Shown here piece after piece: positions 19,199 through 29,313 of a DNA stretch of 64,000 nt (within the stretch, counting starts at the first letter, position 1; the number at the start of each line of letters is the position of its first letter). The DNA comes from Bacillota bacterium. Its GTDB lineage: Bacteria > Bacillota > Dethiobacteria > DTU022. Location of the stretch: assembly GCA_011389985.1 (NCBI GenBank), contig JAABTH010000001.1, positions 4,158-68,157 of the forward strand. Reading direction: 5' to 3'. The position numbers were made by a program, and so were the translations under genes. The notes beneath the pieces were generated by a model, which searched no databases, was not told where the DNA came from, and saw nothing but the letters and a program-made list of their open reading frames with translations.

Positions 19199-20167
19199 GT
19201 GAATAAAGAATACCATATAGTACCGGCAAAGCCGGAACATCTAGCTGCATTACCCTTGATTGAATCTGCTGCTGCTGAAGTTTTTCCAGAGGGCATGATT
19301 TCTGATGATGCTAAGAATTATGTTCTGTCATTGGATGAGTTTGAAAATGCGCTGGCCAAAAATCAACTTTGGGTAGCTGCAACTTCAGATAATCAGCCTG
19401 TTGGTTTTGCTATGGCTTCTGTAAATGGCGAATCTGCAATGCTGGCAGAAATTGATGTAGATCCGGAACATCAACAGAAAGGCCTTGGCAAGACCCTGGT
19501 GCAAATTGTGCTAGAGTGGGCCCGCAGCGAAGGTATTAAGCGCATATCGCTTACCACATTTAACAATGTTCCATGGAATGCTCCTTTTTACGAAAAAATG
19601 GGTTTTCGGCGTTTGTCCCGGAATGAATTGACTGCAAACCTTGTTGCCATTTTGGACAAGGAAGATGAGCTTGGTCTTAAAGACAGGGTGGCGATGCAAA
19701 TTGAATTGTCGGCTTCTGCAATGAAAGAACAATTGATTGCCCCCTGTGGAATGAACTGTGGCCTGTGTATAGCTTACCAGGCGAACAAGTTTGATCTTGA
19801 TAAAAAGGGTTTTAGAAGAAAGTATTGTCCCGGTTGTCTGCCACGCGGCAAAAATTGCACATATATGAAAGACAAGTGCGAATTAGTCGGCAAAGGGCTG
19901 GTTCGGTTTTGTTATGAATGCAAAGATTTTCCCTGTAAACGCCTAAAAGGGCTCGATAAACGCTACAGAACCAAATATCATATGAGTATGATTGAAAACC
20001 TTAAGTGCATCAGCGAACATGGCATGAAGCTTTTCCTCGAACGAGAAGAAACGAAGTGGCGCTGCCCCAAATGTAGAGCTACTATTTGCTGCCATAACGG
20101 TCTTTGTCTAAGTTGTGATCTGCATAAATTGCGTCAGAACCGGAAATATCGCTGGGGAGAGCATTAA
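19199..20167 (+). CDS. GNAT acetyltransferase fused to DUF3795 Cys-rich domain
   Basis: VDPEHQQKGLG, TF.NVPWNAPFY; second domain MKEQLIAPCGMNCGLC...CYECKDFPC starts in frame at 19721. Confidence 0.85.
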   Translation: MNKEYHIVPAKPEHLAALPLIESAAAEVFPEGMISDDAKNYVLSLDEFENALAKNQLWVAATSDNQPVGFAMASVNGESAMLAEIDVDPEHQQKGLGKTLVQIVLEWARSEGIKRISLTTFNNVPWNAPFYEKMGFRRLSRNELTANLVAILDKEDELGLKDRVAMQIELSASAMKEQLIAPCGMNCGLCIAYQANKFDLDKKGFRRKYCPGCLPRGKNCTYMKDKCELVGKGLVRFCYECKDFPCKRLKGLDKRYRTKYHMSMIENLKCISEHGMKLFLEREETKWRCPKCRATICCHNGLCLSCDLHKLRQNRKYRWGEH

Positions 20168-20300
20168 TCTGAATAGATGAGACATGCTGCTTAAGCAGAC
20201 TTGGATAAAAGGCAATCTACCGGACTGAACGGAAAAAATTAGAGGGTAGCTGCTAAAACACAAGTAGCCACCCCCTCTGACTAAAGATCCTGAAAACGCT

Positions 20301-20678
20301 CTATTCTTCGCTGTAGGAACCGGAACCGGCTTCCGATTTGTGGCTTTCAACTTTGGATAATATTTCAGGGACCATTTCAACGATTTTTTCCAGCGAACCT
20401 CTGCTGGTAAGTGGAACGACGCTTAATTCATCATTTTTAATTACCAGGATGGCATTGGGAGCAATTTTACATCCCGCACCACCACCACCGCCGCTTCCAT
20501 CGTTACCTTTATTATCTTTGCCCGATCCTTCTCCTCCGCCAACACCAAAGCTCACTGTGATTATCGGAACCATGGTGATACTGCCTACCTGAAAAGGTTC
20601 TCCTATTACAGTTTCCGTGCGGATAAACTTTTCCAGTTTATCAAAGAGAGTGTTAAATACTTCGCTGCCACTGGTCAT
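20301..20678 (-). CDS. ytfJ: GerW/YtfJ family protein
   Basis: TETVIGEP...VPIITVSFGVGGG...GGGGGAG.KI.P. Confidence 0.85.
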   Translation of the reverse strand: MTSGSEVFNTLFDKLEKFIRTETVIGEPFQVGSITMVPIITVSFGVGGGEGSGKDNKGNDGSGGGGGAGCKIAPNAILVIKNDELSVVPLTSRGSLEKIVEMVPEILSKVESHKSEAGSGSYSEE

Positions 20679-20767
20679 GCTTTCTTCCTCCTTTTTACTT
20701 TCTAATCATTAATACAGGATTATTTAACGAAAGTTGCATCACATAAAAATTATATCTCTGGCAAATA

Positions 20768-21439
20768 TCAGGCAGTCGATGTTGCCTTGTTATTTTCAAC
20801 TTTGCTGAACAGCGGCCTGATCCGGTTTATAAATAAGAACCAGCCTATTTTTATAAGAATGAGACCTAACCTGATTTTTCCTCTAATCATTGTTTCAAAT
20901 TCATAATATTCTTCTCCCCAGACTGGTTCAATATCAATAAAAGTATTCTTGCAGCAATTGCTAAGTGTGTTGGTTATGGCTGCCAGCCAACCGGTTTGGT
21001 GTGGTTCTTCAAAGCCGATTTTGCCCTTAATGGTAAGCAGATCTGGTTCCAGGATTTTTGATAGATCTTTAATTAAAGCTATTCCTCTAAGCTTAAAATC
21101 TGTGTCAATGACTGGTAAGAGCGAGAGGAAATTCTTTTTTTTACTCTCTTTTTTTTCTTTATCTAACTTATTTTTTTTGCCTGATTTTTTAGGGTTAAAT
21201 TTCAAAGGTATACCGAAAAGAATTAATCTGGCTTGTAACTCTGTGCTTTCATGTTTATCCCAGGTTCCATTTAATATGAAGGCAGGAGAGCATCTCAAAT
21301 TAAAATTAATCCAGGGGCGATTTTCATAACCACCTTTAAGATTGTATCTAAAAGGAACCAGCAAAACAAAGATTACGATAATAATAATCAGTACTAAAAT
21401 GATGCCAAGTATATTGAGCAGAATAAAGATTAAGTTCAA
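20768..21439 (-). CDS. DUF2953 domain membrane-anchored protein
   Basis: N-terminal TM, LLVPFRY, IGFEEPHQTG motif; directly upstream of ytfJ. Confidence 0.7.
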   Translation of the reverse strand: MNLIFILLNILGIILVLIIIIVIFVLLVPFRYNLKGGYENRPWINFNLRCSPAFILNGTWDKHESTELQARLILFGIPLKFNPKKSGKKNKLDKEKKESKKKNFLSLLPVIDTDFKLRGIALIKDLSKILEPDLLTIKGKIGFEEPHQTGWLAAITNTLSNCCKNTFIDIEPVWGEEYYEFETMIRGKIRLGLILIKIGWFLFINRIRPLFSKVENNKATSTA

Positions 21440-21455
21440 AATGATTTACTCTCCT

Positions 21456-21905
21456 TTAGGCCTGGCCCGGGATAAACTTTGAAAGCAAAGGGTTTCTTTT
21501 TCTTAAACTATTTCCGGCCGCCCTGGTAATAGTAGAAACGGTCTTTTTTACAGAACGGGTAACAGTGTGGTTGACCGGGTTATATGAAATAAAGCTAAAA
21601 GTGTGTTGTAAAATATGTTTCTGTAAGCGCCATGCCTCATTAAGAGGAACGCTATTTTCAGCGGTTTTAACGCTGGCCAGGTGTGTTTTTATCGCAACCA
21701 TGCGAGAAGATTCCAGCTCTGGCGGTATATCAACAGTCGGCTGATGTTTCAGATCCCAATCCATCAATTTAAGCTGATTCAGGAAACGGCGGCAAGACGG
21801 GCAGGTTGTCAAATGTTCTTCAAGAATGATCATATTCAGAAACTCAAGTTCCCCGTCTATGTATTGCTGAAATAAATCATGAAAATTTTCATGCATCGGT
21901 TTCAT
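21456..21905 (-). CDS. Zinc-binding anti-sigma factor (zf-HC2), apparently soluble
   Basis: YIDGEL...EEHLTTCPSC (HxxxCxxC); coupled to the ECF sigma. Confidence 0.8.
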   Translation of the reverse strand: MKPMHENFHDLFQQYIDGELEFLNMIILEEHLTTCPSCRRFLNQLKLMDWDLKHQPTVDIPPELESSRMVAIKTHLASVKTAENSVPLNEAWRLQKHILQHTFSFISYNPVNHTVTRSVKKTVSTITRAAGNSLRKRNPLLSKFIPGQA

Positions 21906-22534
21906 ACCTCCAATAGCTCACATGCCTGCATTTTATTGCGTAAAATTTTTCTCGCCCGGTAAACATTACTCTTTACCGTCCCTAGCGGCTGCTGCAGTGC
22001 GGAAGCAATTTCGTCATAACTCATATCTTCATGATAGCGTAAGGTCAATGCCAGCCTGAATGTTTCCGGCAGTTCGGCAATCATCTTTTCAATTATTTTA
22101 CGGGTGTCATTGTAGATTACCTGTTCTTCAGTATTAGCCGTGGCTGTCAGGTATGATTCAGGGGTTATTGTATTTTCTTCCGACCAGTTGCCATCAAGAG
22201 ATGTTTCCGGTAAGCCTGTTTTTTTACTGTGATTGATCATTGTATTAATCGCTATTGTCTTCAGCCAGGGCTGAAGAGGCCTGGTTTCGTCAAAAGTATT
22301 TAAACCGCGAAATATTTTGACATAAACCTCCTGCATCATATCAAGAGCTTCTTCTTTGTTTCGGGTGTAGTTATAGCAAATACGATAAAGATATGCTTCG
22401 TGTCGGCTGATCAACTGGTTGTATGCATATTCATCATTATTTTTACAGCGTTTAATCAGATTGGCCTCGACTGCATTAACCAGTTTGTCCGCCTCCAAAG
22501 AGTGAAAATATCCCTTATGGTTAATATACTCCAA
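21902..22534 (-). CDS. ECF RNA polymerase sigma factor (true start probably somewhat downstream)
   Basis: EEALDMMQEVYVK, WLKTIAIN, MSYDEIA...LGTVKSNVYRAR. Confidence 0.92.
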   Translation of the reverse strand: MEYINHKGYFHSLEADKLVNAVEANLIKRCKNNDEYAYNQLISRHEAYLYRICYNYTRNKEEALDMMQEVYVKIFRGLNTFDETRPLQPWLKTIAINTMINHSKKTGLPETSLDGNWSEENTITPESYLTATANTEEQVIYNDTRKIIEKMIAELPETFRLALTLRYHEDMSYDEIASALQQPLGTVKSNVYRARKILRNKMQACELLEV

Positions 22535-22649
22535 AAATCAGAAATAGTTGCAGCTTAAAGGTGAAAATTTTATATCTTTGTTTTAAAGTGAAGAGCTTTA
22601 TCAAATAGCTTCGCACAGGATCTAAGAAAAGGTTGATAGCTATTGAACG

Positions 22650-23714
22650 GTGGAAGATATGGCTAATTGTATCATAGCGCATTTAAACGATGGAATGTTT
22701 ATGGAAGAACAGCTCCTGTCAGCTGGGGCTGTTAAAATTATGCAGCATCGGCAATTTTCTCACCATGAAGCGCTGCCGGGCTGGGCTTACGGTTTTTATG
22801 AAAAATATCTAAACGGGCATCGTATTATCATGCATGGAGGGGCGAATCGCCTGGGCCATTCAAGCAAGCTTTTTATTATGCCTGATGAACAACTTGGGTT
22901 TTTCTTTGCATCAAATGTATTTAATCCGCAGGTTCGGGACAGGTTGACCTCAGAGTTTATGAATCACTTTTTTCCTCCAGCAGCGGAAACTGTAGCTCCG
23001 GTGAGCATAGCTGTTGATCCTGAGCACGACAAACAATATGCCGGTTACTACTACTCTACAAGGCGGGCCAGAAATTCTGTTGAAAAGATTATGCTGCTTC
23101 TCGGACAGTTAAAGGTTGAAGTAGATGACGATAAATTGCAGGTTATATATCCTCAGGGTTCTTTAGTACCGGATGAAAACTGGGTTAAGATTAAACCAGG
23201 TTTGTTTCAGAATAAAACCGGCGATACCTTGATGGCTTTCAGGGAAGATGAAGCAGGCAATGTAACGCACATGTTTATCGGAACAGAGGCTTATGAAAGA
23301 CTGCCCTGGCATGCAATTCCCGTTGTTCATGCTGGATATTTCGCAATAACGGTTATCCTTATATTATCAATATTTTTCAGACGGCCGATTACGCAATCCA
23401 GATTAATGAAGAGAAGTGTATTGGCTGCGCGTTTGTTAGCAGGCATAAATATAGCATTTCTGGCCGGAGTGATTATCATATTCTTAAACTACCAGGTTGA
23501 GCTGGCCTACGGCATGCCTGCTCCCGCAAAAGCTTTATTTTTTGTTCCTTTTGTTTCCATAGTTCTGACTGCACCTGTACTTTATTATTGCCTGATAGCC
23601 TGGCTTGATAAGCAGAAGAGCTTTGCTTACCCTTTATACTATACTTTTTTCAGCATTGGCGCAGTTGGCTTTTTACTCTTTCTTAAATACTGGAATCTGA
23701 TCGGCATAAATTAA
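22650..23714 (+). pseudogene. C-terminal fragment of a serine hydrolase (beta-lactamase family) with TM tail
   Basis: Begins at the D-M-A...HLN-G segment and contains MHGG, but lacks the N-terminal SxxK region. Confidence 0.65.
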
Positions 23715-23717
23715 AGG

Positions 23718-24143
23718 TTAATATTCAATTACAGGTATTTCAGTTTCAGCCCCTGCAGCAACAAATTTAACAGGAAGGCCGGGATCATCAAGCATGGCCA
23801 GGTCATAAGGGTAGGTAAGGGCTTGACTTACAAAGTCATCTTCACCGGGTTCGGTAAAATAGGCAGTTACAATCAGTTTTCCCTCTTCTTCTTTAATCTC
23901 AGTTATTTCAACTTCATAGCCTCCGGTTGGTTTCTCGCCGTAAGTAACGAGCAGGTATAAGATATCTTCATGTATGAAGGTCTGGCCTCCGAAACTATCA
24001 ATAGCTGCATCTATCCTGGCTTGAACTTCGGCTGGTAGCTCATCTGTTAGGGTTACCTCTTCAGGTTCGTCTGGCCCTCCACATGCAAAAACAAACAACA
24101 TGGTAACAGTCAAAATCATAAAAAATACAGTTTTTCTGATCAT
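23718..24143 (-). CDS. PrcB C-terminal domain lipoprotein
   Basis: Lipobox VFAC; GEKPTGGY.VEI, QALTYPY. Confidence 0.85.
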   Translation of the reverse strand: MIRKTVFFMILTVTMLFVFACGGPDEPEEVTLTDELPAEVQARIDAAIDSFGGQTFIHEDILYLLVTYGEKPTGGYEVEITEIKEEEGKLIVTAYFTEPGEDDFVSQALTYPYDLAMLDDPGLPVKFVAAGAETEIPVIEY

Positions 24144-24490
24144 TTTCTTACCCCCTATAGTATTTCCAACTGCACTAAATTTGATTCTGTAATAGAGACA
24201 AACAGTTAGGGTTATTAGTTCAATTCAGATTCCTTTTTAGCTGCAGTTTCAGTTAGGCATTCTCCTGGATTCAACATTCACATAAAGATTGCTGAAGTTT
24301 AGCATTTTAAAAGCCATATTTGAAGCCATGCAAGCTGCGATTCAGCGCAAACCCATTAATAAAATCATTGATATTTATATCATTTACTGGAAATGAAAAT
24401 TAATCAGATGTAGAATAAACTTGGCTATATGTACTAAAGCCTATGTTGCAGCACAACCGAGATCATCTCTACGCAGAGGAGAACCTAAAA

Positions 24491-24706
24491 ATGAATAAGA
24501 CAACAGTGGGTATGGCGGCAGCAGCTTTAATATTAATTGTAATAGCTTTTATTCAGGGCGGCTTCTCAATGGTTAGCAGAGGCTTTATTATAGCCGGTGA
24601 AAAATTTATCGGGATCTTTCTTATTCTGATAATTGCTTTTATAGTGGCCGGTTTTGTTTCAATACTGGTTCCTCAGAAATTAGTATCAAGGTGGCTGGGA
24701 AAATAA
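24491..24706 (+). pseudogene. Truncated predicted permease (DUF318-like N-terminus)
   Basis: AFIVAGFV.ILVPQKLVSRWLGK then stop, at a point where the family normally continues. Confidence 0.55.
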
Positions 24707-24745
24707 TATACGCAGTATTTTCAGAGAGAGGCAGGTTGATGTAAT

Positions 24746-26152
24746 TTGACTGTGACAATTGATCAGGCTGAAATAATTGTAATTGGTTCGGGGTTTGCCG
24801 GTCTTGCCGCTGCTATTGAGGCTGCAGAAGCAGGCAGGTCGGTTATTGTTTTGGAGAAAATGATGGCTTTCGGGGGCAACTCGGCCATCAGCGATGGTGG
24901 AATTGCTGCTCCTGAAACAGATTATCAAGCTAATGCCGGTATAGTTGATTCTCCCGACTTAATGTATAGTGATATGCTGGCTGCCGGGGAAGGGTTAAAT
25001 TATCCTGAGCTGGCCAGAGTTGTAGCAGATAATGCTAAAGATGCATTTTTGTGGTCCAGAGACAGTCTTGGAGTTAAATATATGAATAGGGTAGATATAT
25101 TTGGCGGTCATTCAGTGCCGAGATGTTATACCCCGGAATTGATATCAGGATTATCGCTGATTAAGAATCAGCTTGCCCGGCTTTCAGAACTGAAGGTAAC
25201 TCTTTACCTTGGAGCTTTTGTTTATAAATTGCTTCAGGATAGTAAAAATAATTTGACCGGTGTGCAAATTATCGACAATTATCGGTTCAACAAATCTAAT
25301 GCAGGCAGTTGTAAAAATATCAGAGCAACAAAGGCAATAATTATTTCTTCAGGTGGTTTCGGCAGTGATGTTTCATTCAGGCAAGCACAGGATCCCCGTC
25401 TGGGTGATTTTGTTCAGAGTACAAACAAGTTATTTGCCACAGCCGAAGTTCTTAAAGAATGCCTGAGAATTGGCGCTAATCCTGTGCAGCTATCGAGAAT
25501 TCAGCTGGGCCCCTGGGCCTCTCCTGACGAAAAAGGTTTTGGGGCAGGCCCTTTATTCGGAGATTATGTAGTGATGCCTTACGGCATAATAATCGATCCG
25601 GCTACCGGAAATCGATTTGTTAATGAGCTCTGTGATCGTCGGAAACTGGCAGATGCCTTGCTCAGCAGGGAGAAACCTGTTGTCGGTATAGCTGATTCTG
25701 CCGGGGTAGAGGTTGCCGGTTGGGATTTAACAAGGCCATTGAAAAAAGGGGTTGTGAAAACTTATCAAACACTCGATGATCTCGCCCGGAACTATCAGAT
25801 TAACCCGGCCATGTTGAAGGAATCGGTTGCAACTTATAATGATGCTGTTAATAAAGGTTTTGACAGTTATTATCATAAGCAGATTCTTAAGGAGGCAAAA
25901 CCTTTGGAAAAAGCTCCTTATTATGCTATGCGAATGTGGCCAAAGGTTCACTATACTATGGGTGGCATCCAAATTGATACAACGGCGCGGGTAATAGACC
26001 GGGAGATGCACCCTATTAAAGGTTTGTTCGCAGCTGGTGAAGTAACCGGTGGCATTCACGGAGCCAGCCGGCTGGGCAGCTGTGCAATTACTGAATGCCT
26101 TGTATTTGGAAGAATAGCTGGAAGAGCAGCAGCAGAGGATGTGAGCTTCTAA
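24746..26152 (+). CDS. Flavocytochrome c-type FAD reductase subunit (fumarate/urocanate reductase superfamily), no signal peptide
   Basis: VIGSGFAG, GGHSVPR, RFVNEL.DR, VHYTMGG, GGIHGASRLG. Confidence 0.9.
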   Translation: MTVTIDQAEIIVIGSGFAGLAAAIEAAEAGRSVIVLEKMMAFGGNSAISDGGIAAPETDYQANAGIVDSPDLMYSDMLAAGEGLNYPELARVVADNAKDAFLWSRDSLGVKYMNRVDIFGGHSVPRCYTPELISGLSLIKNQLARLSELKVTLYLGAFVYKLLQDSKNNLTGVQIIDNYRFNKSNAGSCKNIRATKAIIISSGGFGSDVSFRQAQDPRLGDFVQSTNKLFATAEVLKECLRIGANPVQLSRIQLGPWASPDEKGFGAGPLFGDYVVMPYGIIIDPATGNRFVNELCDRRKLADALLSREKPVVGIADSAGVEVAGWDLTRPLKKGVVKTYQTLDDLARNYQINPAMLKESVATYNDAVNKGFDSYYHKQILKEAKPLEKAPYYAMRMWPKVHYTMGGIQIDTTARVIDREMHPIKGLFAAGEVTGGIHGASRLGSCAITECLVFGRIAGRAAAEDVSF

Positions 26153-26228
26153 CAGTAGATTATTCTTCATCCGCTCTGGTTGAATTTGTTTCAATAATAC
26201 TCAGGAAAGAAGGAGGTTTTAAAACAAA

Positions 26229-26891
26229 ATGCAAGCTTTAAATAATATCATCACTAGGCGCAGTTATCGCGTATTCAAAGATGATCCTATCTTAAAATCT
26301 GATCTGAATAAAATCATTGAGGTTGCAAGCAACAGCCCGTCTTATACCAATACCCAGCCCTGGGAATTGGCTGTTGTTACCGGCAAAAATAAGGATAAAC
26401 TTACCGGAGAGTTGCTGGAGTTGGCGAAAATGAATGCGCCAACCAGCCCAGATATCCCCAAACCGGAAAGCTGGCCGTCTGTTCTGGAAGCACGATCAAG
26501 GGAACATGGAAAACGTAGGCTTGAAATCCTGGGAATAGAAAGATCTGATAAAGAAGGCAGGGAAAAGTTGAGATTGATGAATTACGAATTTTATGGTGCC
26601 CCATGTGCGCTGTTTTTCTTTATGGATGGTTCCCTGGGAGAATGGTCGGTTTACGACATGGGTCTGTTCACTCAAAACCTGATTTTGGCTGCTCACTCTC
26701 TTGGAATTGGAAGCTGCATTCAGGCTTCAGTTGTCGATTATGCAAAAGAAATCAAGAGATTCCTTAATATATCTGAGTCCAGTAAACTACTCGCTTGTGT
26801 ATCAATGGGCTATCCTGATCCTGATGCTAAACTGAATTTATATCGCAGCATCAAGAAAAAACCAGAGCAGTTTGTACAATGGTATGAGTAA
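26229..26891 (+). CDS. Nitroreductase family protein
   Basis: RRSYRVF, SPSYTNTQPW, LAAHSLGIGSC, MGYP. Confidence 0.92.
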   Translation: MQALNNIITRRSYRVFKDDPILKSDLNKIIEVASNSPSYTNTQPWELAVVTGKNKDKLTGELLELAKMNAPTSPDIPKPESWPSVLEARSREHGKRRLEILGIERSDKEGREKLRLMNYEFYGAPCALFFFMDGSLGEWSVYDMGLFTQNLILAAHSLGIGSCIQASVVDYAKEIKRFLNISESSKLLACVSMGYPDPDAKLNLYRSIKKKPEQFVQWYE

Positions 26892-26982
26892 TGTAAACAC
26901 AGTCTTCCGGGGTATATTTTATAGAAGGTAAAATAAAATCATTGAGAGCCTTATGAAATATTTATATTAGTTAAGGAATAAG

Positions 26983-28038
26983 ATGAAAAACATTGAGCTA
27001 ATTATACTAAAGACTATGCTGGCAACTTATATTTTTATGGCCCTGGTGCTTGCCGGGTTAAATTTTGGTTATGCTAATCAGGCTCCAGAAAACATTGCCG
27101 TCCTGATCACCTGGAGCTGGCACTTTTATGAGAACTGGGTTAAAACAATATTTATTGCAGTTGGCGGTTACCTGACCCTGCGCATCATTGGCGATTCTAA
27201 AAAAAACAGCCTTCGTAGGAAAAATCTTTGGGGTTTTTTAATAGTTGCTTTAATTATCCATATAGCCGGACCTTTTCTGTTTAAGAATCCTGAACTCTAC
27301 TATTTTGCGATGCCTCTGCCGTGGACCACAATGCCATTACAGCTTTTAATTCCCGAATCATCTTTTTATCAGAGTTTCGTTTCGTACCATGGAGCATTGG
27401 GAATATCGGCAACTCTTGTCTTTTACCTGTTGGTTACTCTTGTAGTTTTTACCGGAACCATTATTAAAGGCAGAAGATGGCAGTGCTCAACTCTTTGTCT
27501 CTTCAATGGTTTTGCTTCAGAGGTTTTTGCCCCGGCATTTCCTCTGGTGGGAAAACCGAAAAAGGCCGGACCAGTTATGCTTAAAACGTTTTTCATAATA
27601 CGCTGGGTATTTCTGGTGATTTCAATATTATTTACAGGTTATTGGCTGTTACTAATTGCCGGAGTTCCCATTATGAGCCATATTGACATGTTAAGTCAGC
27701 TTGAAACTTATAAATACCTGGCCTTTGAACTCCTGACGGCGATGTTGTTCTGGGTTGTTTTTACCGGGAGAGGCTACTGCTATTACTGTCCTTTAGGCAC
27801 CATAACAGGGTTGATTGGCCGGGCTGCCGGTCAGCGCATAGTCACTGATATCACAAAATGCATCAACTGCAGCAAATGCAATTGGGCCTGTCCCATGGCT
27901 ATTGATATCAATAAGCAGGCTGTGGAGGGCAAAGCAGTTAATGATCTTAACTGTGTCGGCTGTGGCCACTGCATTGATGCATGCCCAACTGGCACACTCG
28001 CCTATACCACAAGGTTTTCAAGTTCCCGGCCGGGGTGA
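26983..28038 (+). CDS. Membrane polyferredoxin (NapH/YccM-like 4Fe-4S binding protein)
   Basis: Multi-TM; GRRWQC.TLC, GRGYCYYCPLG, two CxxCxxCxxxCP. Confidence 0.85.
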   Translation: MKNIELIILKTMLATYIFMALVLAGLNFGYANQAPENIAVLITWSWHFYENWVKTIFIAVGGYLTLRIIGDSKKNSLRRKNLWGFLIVALIIHIAGPFLFKNPELYYFAMPLPWTTMPLQLLIPESSFYQSFVSYHGALGISATLVFYLLVTLVVFTGTIIKGRRWQCSTLCLFNGFASEVFAPAFPLVGKPKKAGPVMLKTFFIIRWVFLVISILFTGYWLLLIAGVPIMSHIDMLSQLETYKYLAFELLTAMLFWVVFTGRGYCYYCPLGTITGLIGRAAGQRIVTDITKCINCSKCNWACPMAIDINKQAVEGKAVNDLNCVGCGHCIDACPTGTLAYTTRFSSSRPG

Positions 28039-28124
28039 CAAATAAAAGGAACTATTCGGTTATATGCACAGTCTTATTTCATGATAGTAAATATATTTTG
28101 AGTCCCAAGAGGGAGGATGTTACT

Positions 28125-29090
28125 ATGTTTGTAAAAAGAAATATTCTAATTGCGATTGCTGTCCTATTAACGTGCTTAATTATACTGGTTTTTACCACCC
28201 TTAATATAGGCAGTACAGTAACAAATAGTGATGGGTATGTCTCAACTGTCCGAACCAATAATATTGAACCTGATAATTGGTCTCATCTGGGGTTACAGCT
28301 ACACTATGCCTCTGGAAATGAAGAAATTGCCAAGAAGTTTCTTGAGAATATCGCGCAGTTGTTACAATCCAAAGGTATAAGTAATGTGGTCATTTTGCCT
28401 CCTTTAATTGATTTGCAGGAGATAGATGCAGATTTAGAGGGAGTTTTTATATTTCATTTTGATTTCAAATCGAGTGGATGGCAATTAACACGTCAGGGTA
28501 AATTATTGACTGCGGCTGAATTTGTTTCCTTTAAGAAAGGTTCACTGGTAACGATGAACATAGGCGCCACTACTTCAGCTGCCGGCCGCGGCTGGTTTAA
28601 CCGGGCTCATTTTAATAGTGAGCTTATCGGTGCATCTGCAGAGTACTGGGTGCAGGAAGCATTAAGAGGTTTTAACCTTGTTGACAATCAAGGCGCATCC
28701 GAGTCGAATATAAATTATCTTGAGAGTAATATTGATGATATCCCACCGGTTTTATCAGGTTTGATTATTGGTGATGGTAATCTGCAGGCCTATATTAAGC
28801 AGAGTGGTAACTATGTTCTCAGTTATCTCACAGCCAATAGAGATTTAGAAAGCATGCTGGAAAGTGAACTAACAGATCAGCACAACATGAAAGTTGTCAT
28901 GCCCTGGGTAGATGCTACAGGTGGTCGCCGCTTGATTGAATTAATATCTGAAGATGGTTCACAGGAGGTCAGGATCTATTATTCAGATACTGCAAAAATT
29001 CCCTATACGGGAGGTTTTACTAGCTCAATATCCAGTGATAGTGTGCAAGAAGAATTTTTAGTTACCATAATATCACTTAACTATGAATAA
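28125..29090 (+). CDS. Hypothetical membrane-anchored protein
   Basis: GGGAGG RBS before ATG 28125; N-terminal TM helix. Confidence 0.7.
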   Translation: MFVKRNILIAIAVLLTCLIILVFTTLNIGSTVTNSDGYVSTVRTNNIEPDNWSHLGLQLHYASGNEEIAKKFLENIAQLLQSKGISNVVILPPLIDLQEIDADLEGVFIFHFDFKSSGWQLTRQGKLLTAAEFVSFKKGSLVTMNIGATTSAAGRGWFNRAHFNSELIGASAEYWVQEALRGFNLVDNQGASESNINYLESNIDDIPPVLSGLIIGDGNLQAYIKQSGNYVLSYLTANRDLESMLESELTDQHNMKVVMPWVDATGGRRLIELISEDGSQEVRIYYSDTAKIPYTGGFTSSISSDSVQEEFLVTIISLNYE

Positions 29091-29207
29091 ACTTAGCACC
29101 TCATATCAGAGCATTGGCCAGTCTGCATATAATTATTACCTTGCCCGAAACGACTAGTCAATTGTAATATTTCTACGAGATTATTTAAATTGTATATTCA
29201 TATGCCC

Positions 29208-29235
29208 TTGACATGATATCAAAATATGATACTAT
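29208..29235 (+). promoter_or_regulatory. SigmaA promoter overlapped by an imperfect inverted repeat (probable HicB operator)
   Basis: TTGACA-N16-TACTAT with extended TG; TGATATCA-AAATA-TGATACTA. Confidence 0.6.
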
Positions 29236-29313
29236 ATAGATAGGCTAATTAATTGCAATAGATATGAGAGATAGAGGAGATGCTTTAGGAAATTTACTGA
29301 AGCAGGGTGAAGG

